Source: Chiloscyllium plagiosum (taxonomy: Eukaryota). From it: 64,000 bases of DNA. The position numbers and the translations under genes were made by a program. The notes beneath the pieces are model-generated. The model made no database searches and was not told the DNA's origin. It was given only the letters and a program-made list of their open reading frames with translations. Below, piece by piece: positions 51,719 through 63,694 of this stretch (the stretch's first letter is position 1; every line of letters starts with the position of its first letter). Location: positions 44,242,949-44,306,948 of the forward strand of contig NC_057718.1 in the NCBI RefSeq assembly GCF_004010195.1. The letters run 5' to 3'.

Positions 51719-53532
51719 ACATACAATATTTATAGTGATGGCAATTTGGAGTATAGTGGGTTTGTTCTGTCAGTTCTTATGTTGATGCCTAGAGCCTTAC
51801 ACAGTCTATACACTCAATCTTGAAGCTTATACCAAGGCAGGGTGTAAGCATCTTCCACCACAAGAAGTAAGGACAGACAAAGCATTGCCAACATCTCAGC
51901 CTGCACCTACAGTGTGGAAACAGGCCATTTGGCCCAACAAGTCCACACCGACACTCCGAAGAGTAACCCCTCCAGATCCATTACCCTACCCTATTATTCT
52001 ACATTTATCCCCGATTAATGTACCTAACCTACATATCCCTGAACATTATGGGCAATTTAGTACAGTCAATTCACCTAACTTGCATGTCTTTGTATTGTGG
52101 GAGGAAACCGGAGCACCCGGAAGAAACCCATGCAAACACAGGGAGAACATGCAAAGTCTACACAGAAGGTTAACTGAGAATGGAATCAAACTTGGGTCCC
52201 TAGCACTGTGAGTCAACAGTACTAACCACTGAGCCAACGTGCCGCCCTTTAGAGAGTCAGTCAGTGAATGCAACACAGTGAATGCACTGGATTGAACCAC
52301 TTAGTGCAAATGGAAAAAATAATACAATATGATGTGTTTCATAAAGTTAATAGACAATCTTTGAGCTGATAGAAAAAGAGATTATATTCAGAGACTATGA
52401 GACTGACAAAAATGAATATGTATTTATTGATAACAATTTAATACTACATACAAGGTATGAGTACAAAGTACCTAGTTGGAATTCTGTTGGACATGCAGGC
52501 AGTCTGTGGGTGGTTGTGAAAACCAGTCAGGATGCACCTATTGGCCTTCCTGCTCCTGAGGTTCAACATGTACCAGATAATCCACATAAGCTAGTAATCT
52601 CCTGGTCTCCTCCAGAAAAGATCAATAGTGTTCTTCAGTCCTATAGACTACAAAGGAATGAACTTCCTTTTTGTTTCAGTTTTCATACTGTAATGTGTAA
52701 TTATATAGATGAAGGCCTGCTTACAAACACTGTTTACAGCTATCCAGTGATTGCTGGTAGAGCAGGAGGCTGCTGTACCAGTAAAACAACTAAAACACCA
52801 ACACTTGAAACTGCTCCAGCTTTTGTGAGCTCTCCAATACTTCAGACTATTACTGCAACATAAATCAATGCTTCAGGAATAGCACCAATAATACAAACTG
52901 GAAGTATTTCTGAATACGGATTACTTATTAATAATGAATCTGACCTGTTCTGGGCAGGGGCTAACTATTGTAGTTTATGGTCTAAAACCATATATGCAGT
53001 ACTTTTTTTTATCTTAATTGCCTTCACTAATGGTGGTATCTCCAGCTCATTTATAAATAATTGGACACTGGACACACCTTCATCTAATATAAAACCCAAG
53101 CTACAACTTATATGGAAGAAACCAACCAATCCTAATGGGCAGATCAGAGTTTATGAACTCAGGCAGGATGGGCTGCTCATTCATACAAGCCTAGAAACTC
53201 GGTATCATGACTTCACTCTGACACCAGCTGTGGAGTACAGTTATACAGTTGCTGCCAATAATAACCAAGGAAACTCCATCAGCCCTCCTTCCAAAGCTAG
53301 GACTAATCCTTCAGGTTTTTCTGGAATGGCTCCTCCAAAACTATGTGTATTGCCTTCTAGTGATATCATTGTAAATTGGCAACCACTTGCTCAGACCAAT
53401 GAACTGACTGTCAACTGCACGATGATCTGCCGTGATCTCGCCACAATTGATCTTCAAGCTTTCATGTTTTCTCCACCTTACACATTTTTAAGAGGCAATC
53501 TTTCATGTCAACAGGTCAACATCATACTGTAG
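51719..53532 (+). pseudogene. USH2A: Inactivated large usherin FN3-array exon (homologous to human USH2A exon 63)
   Basis: Acceptor tttcacag ends at 51718 and donor GT starts at 53533. Fragments TYNIYSDGNLEYSG / LEPYTVYTLNLEAYTKAGC / YEYKVPSWNSVGH / KLVISWSPPEK..VLQSYRLQRNE / WKKPTNPNGQIRVYELRQDG...LETRYHDFTLTPAVEYSYTV / SGMAPPKL match remembered human usherin. Lesions: +1 at ~51761, TGA 51783, SINE 51909-52247, TGA 52279, +1 at ~52318, TAA 52861, and further frameshifts near 52360, 52945, 53005 and 53490-53505. Confidence 0.95.
51909..52247 (-). mobile_element. HE1-type V-SINE inserted antisense within the USH2A exon
   Basis: Reverse complement begins GGGCGGCACGTTGGCTCAGTGGTTAGTACTG, contains the V domain and ends GGCCTGTTTCCACACTGT; same family as 34527-34859. 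Confidence 0.93.
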
Positions 53533-54849
53533 GTGTGTGGTAATAAACCTTCAAAATCCATGTAATGTTTGTTATCAAGGTCCAACCAGTACCAACCACT
53601 GTTGACTTCATTAAAGCATTCATTTAATAAAAAGCAGGTGGAGACAAAATGGTATTATATTGTTAAATAAGAAAAAAATAATACCTGTACCTGAATCTAT
53701 GCAAACAAGAGGAGTTAAGTGCACACAGTTCTGGATTATATAAAATTTCTAGCAATTCTGAAAGTGTTTTCAACAAATTATAAACATTCACAGTGACATT
53801 TTGTGAAGAATATAATCTATGAAACAATAATGATAGCAGCAGAGTTTTGAGTATTTCATCTAATAATAATTGTTTTTCGAATGAGATGTTTTTCTCAGAA
53901 CAGAGGTTCAAGCAAGAGATACACATACAAAACAAGCTAACTAGGCATTTACTGATACACAATCCACCACAACAAACATTTGTTGTCTGAGGATTCATTC
54001 TATGCACCGTCAACTACTTAATTTAGAAATGTACCTTGGGAATTCTAGTTTGTGTAAAATGGGGAAAAACAGCGGATTGCACTGTTGCAGTGTTAACTGC
54101 TTTGAAATACAATTTACTCCAGATATTTAGAGTTTGCATGTTTTTCCTATTAGTTTCAAGCTCCCCTCTGGATAGTTTGCAGCTCTGTGAAACTGTCTCA
54201 GCAATTCCACAACTGCTGCTGATTTTTACAAGCGACATCAAATATTCTAACATTGGCATTCTCACAACAGAGAATAAGTGGTTAGGGCCTGGATAATTTT
54301 GAGGTAGTGAAGAATTTACCATTGAAGATACAGCTGTGAAGCTATAAGTCAGGTTGCAGATATTGAGAAGAATTATTGCCACTGGCCCAGAAAGGTGTTC
54401 TCCTGAGAAGATGCTTGTACAATAAACATGATAGCTAACATGTTAGATACTCTCACCACCATCTTTCAGTGAAATTTTCCCTCTGAGTTCAGAGAATAAT
54501 TCTGAGCATGATGACTTAATTGGGCAGTTTTATAAAAGATCGCATTGTCAACCTTAAGAAAAACTCATGTGATTATATCCTCAAGCTTTCAGTGGTGAGT
54601 TCATAATCCTGCTGTCAGGTGATGAGAAACATACCTCCATGCAATTGCATCACATTAGTAGTCAATTGTGGTGTATTAATATCACACTTTCAATCTTCCT
54701 CTTCACAATCTATAAACTCAATGGTTCAAAAAGCTGATTGACAAAACAGGCAGTACCTTGTCTCATTAGCAACTTGTGGAATGGCTATGCAGGCCTTGGT
54801 TAAAGAATACACTTTTCTTGGAACATAATGCATGCAATTTGGCATCAGA

Positions 54850-55200
54850 GAAGCAGGGGGCTATCAATTGCAGCCATGTTGTTATGTGACTGCCCTATGA
54901 CCAAACAGCAGTGTTTATAAACAGAAAGAAAATTACACTCCCTTAATCTTCGACTGATTTGTCACCAATGAAGCAACATTTTGGTGATCTGTGCCAGATA
55001 CCCCAGGGGCTGCCAATGCTGGTAATGAACTGGAGTACTGGGGTTCCTGCCGCTTACCAAGATCCCTGGGATGGCTGATAGAAAATAAGGGGCAACTCCT
55101 CCAAATGTGTTCATGATACCTGTAGGAAATGCACAGAGAGGCAAAGAATGAAGGTATACTGGGGCTACAGTGCAACAGGTTATCAGGCTCCTGACAATAA
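54850..55200 (+). mobile_element. PIF/Harbinger DDE transposase remnant
   Basis: QGAINCSHV...FINRK / HSLNLRLICHQ*SNILVICARYP...GWLIENKG match the HARBI1-like motifs GAIDCTH, NRKGxHSxNVQxVCD, ARxPGS and GWLLGDxGY. Confidence 0.8.
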
Positions 55201-56176
55201 CTAGGCCTCTCCAGCAAGGTTTTTCATGTAGCCCTGATGACATGTCCTGCATTATTGTAGTATGCTGTGAGCTTCACAACTTGAGCAGAGAAAAGGGTCT
55301 GCAACCTAGTGCTTCCAAACAAACCTATTGAGCAATAAGCTGGTGTTGTGTGATTTTTAACTTTAGACAAAAGGGTGACATCTTGGGTGATGACAAATGG
55401 AGGAATGAGAGCAATCCTTTGAGGGTGGGGATGAAGCTGAGTATCAGGAGGTTGACCATGAGTGGTGTCTACATGAGAAAGACAGCGCAATGTTTCAGCG
55501 AGCCCAAGAAGTCAGATACAACCTTATTGTCACCCACTTTCAGGATGCAAAAATGAGGTTGACATTTTGTTCATTGTTTGCACATCTAAGTAGCTCATCT
55601 GTTTAGTGTAAAGAACATGTCTAACTTGTTGGACTTGCTGGTTACAGGATACATTTTACATGTTAACATGTAAGTGATATCTTTAGTTGAACAAAGATTG
55701 AAATTGTGATGTATAACTATCCCTAAGATAACTGTTAGGGGAAAAGCATATGTGAGCGTGCAATTACATCACATAGCACTACATTTATGTGGCTCTGAAA
55801 GCTTTGTTGAAAGCTCTGAATGTGTCATATATAGTCTGGTTCCTCATTATATCCACCAGTTTGGCATGAATTCTGTGAAAGCTCCTTCAGACTCTTCCTT
55901 CATCAGCATCCTGTCAATGGTTTAGAGTACACAGAGACTGTTCAATTGCCTTGATACATTTGAACACCCTTTATGATAGCATTTAACCTGGGAGAGGCAG
56001 AATTTTGTGTAACTTTTCTCTGAAGACTGGTGGATAATGAGAGACAACTGACATAGCAGCTTCCCATTGTACATTGTGTAGAACACTCCCTTGAAAAGCT
56101 CACACCTGGGAACAGCCTTCCCACTGAGATGAGTAGAATCATCACTGATTCCATATCCTCACCCATAAAGGTGGGT

Positions 56177-56220
56177 GGAAATGGTGAAAACGGTGTGCGG
56201 AAATGGTGAAAACGGTGTGC
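56177..56220. repeat. Exact 22-bp tandem duplication GGAAATGGTGAAAACGGTGTGC
   Basis: Two identical adjacent copies. Confidence 0.9.
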
Positions 56221-57419
56221 AGTCCAGGCACTGGGTTATTCCCTGGACTTTGCCATTAGCTCCAGTGTCCTCCATATTAATGTACAATGGCTTGGCTGGA
56301 CTCCTTTAAAGCTAATGTTCAAGGATATGCAATGTCTAAGGTTATCTGCATTCAAAGATTCAGATGCTCACCGAGAGATGCGCAATGCAAATTGATGACA
56401 ATGCTTACTCCTTGCAATACATGAAAAGCTCATAATCTCTCACATGAGTATGACTTAAACATGTTCCACATTGAAAACTGATATTACAGCAGGCATTAAA
56501 GCAGTGCAAGTTAAAATATATTGAGGCAAGCTATGGATTATTTACAATAATGTAACACTGTAGCAAAAATGTGCCTCAGTATGTTTTTCCCTCTTCTCCC
56601 TCCATTACAGCTAGGCACAGGCCCAACAGTGGGGTGTGCAGAGGACTTGCTCCGTGATTGACTTCTAAGATTTGGTAATCACCCCCCTGGTGCATTTGGA
56701 CCCAGAAGGCCCCATCCAGCCGAGAGTGTCCTGCCCAGATGCCGGTTGCCTGTCTCTCTGAGAGGAAGGGACACCTGGATTGAGCTGAAAGTGCCTCATT
56801 CCCCTCTTGCCTTGTCATTGTTTCTGAGAATCCTTGCCTGGAGCAATGGAATGCAGGTGTGTCTGCATGTCCAGGAGCCACTGGATATTCTGCTGAACCT
56901 GGATCTCCAAGGCAGCTGACACTGCTTCCTTGGTGACAGCCCAGCAAATATGTGCTGGAACCACCATGTCACTGAGAATGTTTAAGGATTCCTGCATCTT
57001 TCACTCCAGCCTCCCAAGTGTCCCTGATACTCCTGCCCGATGTCCCTGTGCCTGTCTCTGCTGGTTGAGTAAGTCTTTATGGCAAGAACAAGAACACATC
57101 TTTTGCCTGTGGCTAAGCTGCCTAGGCTCCAGCAATGGTCCCTCTAGGTTGCAATGGCAATTGGCTATGCCATTGACTTCCAGTTCCAGATATTGCTCAG
57201 AGCTCCACACCACCAGTGAGAAAATTAGAGGGAACACTGGTCTCCCAGCAGTCTTCTGAGTGCCAGAAAACTTGGACATTTCATTTTTCACTAAGCTGCA
57301 GAGTTGCATCAATGTGTGCCAACCAGATTATGCCCATAAGTCTTATCTAGACAGAAATGTGAAAGTCTTTGAGTCAGTGCAGTTGAACACGTTGTTGGTG
57401 CATTCTCTGAGGATCCTTA

Positions 57420-57850
57420 AGAACTAGGAGCAGGAGCAGGCAATTCAGCCCCTCAAGTCGAGTCAGTCACTTCATAAAATCATGGCTGATCTCATCTTGG
57501 CCTCAACTCGACTTTCCTGCCCACCTTCCCTAACTCTTCACTAAATAAAGATCTGTCTATCCCCTGCTTTAACCTATTACTAAGTAAAGATCTAAATAAA
57601 TAAAAATAAATATCTCCTACCTAACTTTATTCAGCAATCACCACACTCTATGATAGTGAATTCCATAGATTCACAACCCTTTGAGAGATGTGATTCCTCC
57701 TCACCTCTGTTTTAAAATTGCCACCCTTTAGCCTCAACCTAGGACCTCTTTCTTTTGAGATAGTTGCACAAGGGAAAACATCTCTATGTCTCCTTTGTCC
57801 ATTCCCTTTCGCATCAATTAGATCTCCTTTCATCTTTCTAAATTCTAGCA
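57420..57850 (-). mobile_element. Old CR1 3' fragment
   Basis: ORF 57648..57851 LEFRKMKGDLID...FKTEVRRNHISQRVVNLWNSL, plus a CR1-type 3' UTR. Confidence 0.8.
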
Positions 57851-58141
57851 AAAACAGGGCTTCTTCCTCTGAGATGGGGAGCTGAGGGGATGCATGCTAC
57901 AGCCTCTTACTTGCAGATGTGTCCTGGGTGCTGCTTGTGTCTATATTAGTGAAGAAATTAGTTGGGAAAGATAGATGCAGAAAAATCTTGTGCAGAAACG
58001 AATAAGTGTTGTTGGTAATTGAAGAGGACCATAGCACACTGCAGATTATTGAATTGTGATGCTGAGAGTTGTACCTTTGTGAGATATGTGTGCAGTGGCA
58101 GAGTTAAAATAAGGTAGCAAAGAGGATATAGTGCCAAATAT

Positions 58142-58380
58142 TTTTACAGAATGCAGGATATCATTGACCCTCTTCTTGTAATGCTGGCCATTATTTTTAA
58201 TGGCAGAGAGAGCACTGACCTGTGCAACAATGTCTGCCCAGGTTGGATGCAATTGTTGGCATTGTCTGTTGTTGTAGTCAGCCAGTAAGAAGACTGACAT
58301 TCAGTCCATCACCCAATTCACTAGCACCTTGAGATCTTTCTCCATGAAGCGAGGAACTAGTTCATTTTTCTTTGTGCCAT
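58142..58380 (-). mobile_element. PIF/Harbinger Myb/SANT-like gene remnant, convergent with the transposase at 54850
   Basis: VPRFMEKDLKVLVNWVMD*MSVFL...PTWADIVAQVSALSAIKNNGQHYKKRVNDILHSVK fits the PRF..DL..L...W..VA..VSA.....QC.K+.NDL Myb/SANT-like pattern. Confidence 0.75.
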
Positions 58381-58402
58381 GCATTGGGATAGTAGAGGTG
58401 AG

Positions 58403-59403
58403 TAGAGTCATAGAGTCATAGAGATGTACAGCGTGGAAACAGACCCTTCGGTCCAACCTGTCCGTGCCGACCAGATATCCCAACCCAATCTAGTCCCACC
58501 TGCCAGCACCCGGCCCATATCCCTCCAAACCCTTCCTATTCATATACCCATCCAAATGCCTCTTAAATGTTGCAATTGTACCAGCCTCCACCACTTCCTC
58601 TGGCAGCTCATTCCATACGCGTATCACCCGCTGCGTGAAAAAGTTGCCCCTTAGGTCTCTTTTATATCTTTCCCCTCTCACCCTAAACCTATGCCCTCTA
58701 GTTCTGGACCCCTGAACCAAGGAAAAAGACTTTGCCTACTTACCCTATCCATGCCCCTCATAATTTTGTAAACCTCTATAAGGTCACCCCTCAGCCTCCA
58801 ATGCTCCAGGGAAAACAGCCCCAGCCTGTTAAGCCTCTCCATATAGCTCAAATCCTCCAACCCTGGCAACATCCTTGTAAATCTTTTCTGAACCCTTTCA
58901 AGCTTCACAACACCTTTCTGATAGGAAGGAGACCAGAATTGCATGCAATATTCCAACAGTGGCCTAACTAATGTCCTATACATCCACAACATGACCTCCC
59001 AATTCCTGTACTCAATGCTCTGACCAATAAAGGAAAGCATACCAAATGCCTTCTTCACTATCCTATTTACCTGTGACTCCACTTTCAAGGAGCTGTGAAC
59101 CTGCACTCCAATGTCTCTTTGTTCATCAATACTCCCTAGGACCTTACCATTAAGTGTATAAGTCCTGCTAAGATTGGCTTTCCCAAAATGCAGCACTTCG
59201 CATTTATCTGAATTAAACTCCATCTGCCACGTCTCAGCCCATTGGCCCATCTGGTCCAGAACCTGTTGTAATCTGAGGTAACCCTCTTCGCTGTCTACTA
59301 CACCTCCAATTTTGATATCATCTGTAAACCTACTAACTGTACCTCTTATGCTCGCATCCAATCATTTATATAAATGACAAAAAGTAGAGGACCCAGCACC
59401 AAT
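58403..59403 (-). mobile_element. 5'-truncated young CR1 LINE, same subfamily as 34088-35769
   Basis: 227-aa ORF 58678..59361 (SRFTDDIK...QKRFTRMLPGLEDLSY); (CTATGACT)n tail. Confidence 0.95.
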
Positions 59404-61488
59404 TCTGGAAGTTCCTAGTTTGCAGTGCTTGAACTGATGATTAGTTGGACTTTGAATATTGAATCGAAGCCTTAGAAATCAGAAGTCCCAGTAGCGATGA
59501 ACACTTCTTTTTGCTAACTATGTGATTTGCCAAGTAATACACCTAACATCTTGCTTACATATATAATGAGGTGTGAATTATGTGGATAACTAGCCCTGGG
59601 CAATGGCAAAAATGATGCCAATGTACTCACTTGTTAGCATTCTTTAACTTCAAATGGGAAAATCACAGCCCTAATTTTCACTACAGGAAAATATGGCAGA
59701 CCTAATGACAAAGCCGATGAGATTAGTTTCCTCAACTGATAGTTATCCTGAGTATGCATGTCACAAAGTGTTTCCAGTTAACTTGATATTGTTTTATTCT
59801 GCCCCAGCTATTCATTCAGACAAATGTATAGATTTTCAAATCCTTACCTGTACAAATGATGATGGGCACTCCCTATTTCGGATACAAATGTTTGACGTTC
59901 ATCATCTTACTCCATTGGGTACTCAAGACATAATGCCAGGCAGTAATTTCACTGAGTAATGGGAATCTGTGTACTAGCGTCACAGCAGGCTTCAAGAAAA
60001 TTTGGTAGCTTTCCTCTAATGTCATTTATGCATCTGAACAGTAATATACCTGTGTGCCTCCATTGTTGCTGTCCATGTCTCCTCCTAGCCACCACTAAAA
60101 ACACACACACACACTCCAGCTTATAGCAACAATTACATTTAAAAGTACTTTATAAGCTGTCATGTGGTTTGGGATGTGCCAAAGTTGTGATGGGGGCTAC
60201 ATAAATACATATTTTCCTTTTTATTGGTTCTCATCTCATATTTTCATTGCTGCCATCCTATCCACCCTTTTCTCTGTGCTACAGAACTGCCCAGCGCACA
60301 ATGATCAGTCAGCAGTCTTACATTAACAACATTTGGCACTCCAAATGTGTCATAGGTGACATGCTCAGAGCACAAGATAATTAGGGGAATGAGCTGATGT
60401 GATGTCTTCTGGCAAGGTCAGTTCACTTGTTTGGAGCTGCTGGTGAAGCTGTACACAGGGTGAATAACCAGCACCTACAGTCTATTGTGAAGTGTTTTCA
60501 CACTGAAAAATCATTGAGTGCGACCTCGCTGCATGATGAATATAAATGTACTGAGGTAGGATGAACTGTATGTTGCACAGGAGTCTGTTACTGTAAGCAT
60601 ACTTTAAACTTGTAACATTTTAATAGTACAGCTGTGGTGGCAGGACACCGTGGCACATAATGAAATGGAGCATTTCAGATTTGTGGGAAAGGTCAGAATT
60701 TCAAGACCTTAATGCCATATTCAAATTCATCATCATGTGTGTCAAGAATACAAGGAATAATGGGACCTCAGAAACACCTCTCCCCCTTGTCAGTAGGTAC
60801 ATTGCCTGTGTTTTTATCACCAAATTGACAATATATAAATTTTAAAAAATTTTGTATCAGCTCCTTGCTGGTGGCAATATATTATCACTGTAATATATGT
60901 AGAGAAAGTGGTGTTCAGAAATTCAGTGAAAAATTATCACAACCATTAAATTAATTTTTATATACTATATGTTAGTAAATATTTCCTTTCACAACTAAAT
61001 TAGAATTAGGATGTATTGAAGTTGTGAAAAATTAGGAAGACTTAATTTTCAGTATGGAACTGAAAGAATTTGTTGTTTCAAAATAATTTCCTATTATTTT
61101 AGAAACATGCAAAAAATGCCCATTATGAATTTTGATTTAATATCCAGCAATGAAATTGTAAGAACTTGTGAAGAGTTTAGTTTTAGACTCTTCAAAATAA
61201 GGAAACATCTGCATCTGCAATGTCAGGTGCAGAATATTTTAATGAGATCACATCATTCTTCTGAACTCTGGAGAGTATAGGTCCATTCTGTGCAATGAGG
61301 ACAATACTATCAACCGAAGAGTCAATGTAGTGGACACTTGTTGCATCTCCTTTAATATATCCCTCATTACGTAGAGAGATGAAAGCTGTATTCTGTACTC
61401 TTGGTGTGGTCTCAGCAAATACTTGTACATTGCAAGTTGACTTCTTAATTCTTAAACGTTTGCATTTCTTGCATTCTTCTTGATGTGG

Positions 61489-62261
61489 TTGACCCTTAAC
61501 TGCCCTCTGGGTTATTAGGGATGGGCAATAAATGCTGCCTAGTCAGCAACCTTTTCATCCTGCAAATGAATGAAACAAACTCTACCTCTTGCACAAAGAC
61601 CAACATATCATTTGCTTTTTTAATTGTTTGCTGTATCCTCATGCTTACTTTCTGTATTTGTTTCACAAGCACACCCAAATCCCTGAGAACACCAACATGA
61701 TTTTTTTTTTCTCACCATTTAAAGGATATCCAGTTTTTCTACTCTTCCTACCAAGATCACGTGGCTTTGAATTTCTTCACTTCTGACTCCTTTCAAGGAT
61801 CAGCTATAGCCCTCAATGACATTTGCAAATGGTTACACAGCTTTGTAGCTCACAGGTTACTGATACCCTATATTCCGTACTTGAGCAATACATTGAATTC
61901 CAGGTTGATGAGATATCACAGGGACAGAGGGCAATGGGTTTCACTGGCATCACTGGTTTGCCTCATGTACTTGCTGGGCCTCATGTACTTGCTGGGCCTC
62001 ATGTACTTGCTGGGCCTCACCAATTGCACCCATGTATCCACCAGTGTGCCCAGTGACTGCCTCTTCAAATTTATCAGCAGGAAAGACTTCCATTTCCTCA
62101 AAGTCTATTTGTCTGCGACCATAATATTAAGGTAACTGTTGTATCTCTGGTCTTTGTGCAAGAGGTAGAATTTGTTTTATTCATTTGCAGGATGGAAAGG
62201 TTGCTGGCTAGGCAGCACTTATTGCCCACCCCTAATAGCCCAGAGGGCAGTTAAGGGTCAA
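61489..62261. repeat. Inverted duplication, arms 61489-61602 and 62148-62261
   Basis: TTGACCCTTAACTGCCCTCTGGG...CTACCTCTTGCACAAAGACCA recurs as its reverse complement with scattered mismatches. Confidence 0.85.
61960..62019. repeat. 18-bp minisatellite GCCTCATGTACTTGCTGG x3.3
   Basis: Three exact units plus GCCTCA. Confidence 0.92.
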
Positions 62262-62869
62262 TTATGTTATTCATAAAGTTATGGCAGTGAACTGTTTTCT
62301 GAATATTTTCCCTGGATTAATTGTCACACTGCCATCATGTGCTGATTAACAATGGATCAGTCTATTACTCTGCCAATCACATGGAGAGATGCAATAAAAA
62401 CATGCAATGAAACTTCAGGAGAAATGTTTATCCAAATTAATGTGAAAGAAAGAAGAACTGGAGTGAATCATGCTGAACTGAAATAGAAGAGGGTGAAAAG
62501 GGAGTTGAGGGGAAAAGATTGAGATCAGAACACAGAGTAGCATCACTCTGTTCAAACAATACTGACAGATTGTTCCTGAAAATATGAAAGAAATTGGTTA
62601 TGCAGAGAAAGCTGTTCTGAAACCAAGCAATATCTTGGTAGAACCAAGATTTGACAGGTAGGAACAAATCAAATCAATGAGGCACAGAAAGGAAAAGAAG
62701 CAAACTGAATATCCTATGCCATTGAAACCGATGGTCTTGCTTTCCTGGGGTTGCACAGCTGCAAAGATCTGCAACTGGTCTCAGTAAATCATAAGGTAAA
62801 AGATCAAGATGGAAAGATCCATCATGTACTGTATAATACTACCAAAATAGAATCAGATGACATATATTA

Positions 62870-63535
62870 GACCAACCAAGATGAAGAGTTACAGATGCTC
62901 TCTCAGCAAGTGATCCAGAGATGGCCTGACAAGATACATCAACACAACAAGCAATATGGCCATACTGGTCTATCAGAGATAAAATCTCACTGGAAGGTAC
63001 CAGTCAGAATGAGAATAATCATTCCCAAAATGTTGCAGGAAGCATTCCTCTAAAACAAATATGAAGTCTACATGGGAACAGAGAATTGTTAACTCAAAGC
63101 CAAATCAGTTCTTTACTGCAAAATCTTCTCCATAAAAAATGCTGAAATAATAGTATCTACATGCAATGTATGCCAGAAGTGCAGAAATACACAACAGAAG
63201 GAAGAAATAATAGCTTCTAAAGTGCCATTAAGATCAAGGCATTCCATAGGAACAATTCAGTCACACGCAATCAAGAATAGTATCCTGTTATTGCAGACTT
63301 CTATTCAAAGTGTCATTTTATCCAAAAGGTGAAAGAACTGAGAGATACAAGTTACCTTAATATTATGAGTTTGATTCAGTGAGCATGTGATTTGTGAAAG
63401 AGTAATATATGTTATAAAATGCAAAGCAATTCACATCAAGAGAATGGAAGGCATTTGCTGAGCAGTATGTGTTCAACATCATCAGCTCATCCTCACATTA
63501 CTCAAGGGGAGAGCAGTTTATAGAAAGACATGTAC
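62870..63535 (+). mobile_element. Gypsy/Ty3 pol remnant (integrase zinc finger and core)
   Basis: TNQDEELQMLSQQVIQRWPD...WPYWSIRDKISLEG...RIIIPKMLQ...STCNVCQK...VIADFYSK...QFTSREWKAFAEQY.FNIISSSSHYSRG..FIERHV, with stops and frameshifts. Confidence 0.85.
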
Positions 63536-63694
63536 TGTGGTCTTTTGGCATTTAAATAATATTTAAGATCTCAACTATTCCTGCCAAAATGCATAAACTT
63601 ACACCTTCCCACATTATATTCTATCAGGTTAGTTTTTGTCCACTCACCTAAACTGCCATATCCCTCTGTAGACCCTGTGTCATCTTACCACTTG

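Noticed and set aside
59693..59959. 88-aa ORF with FQILTCT, superficially like an FN3 strand of the next USH2A exon
   Set aside because: No further similarity to usherin and no fitting exon boundaries.
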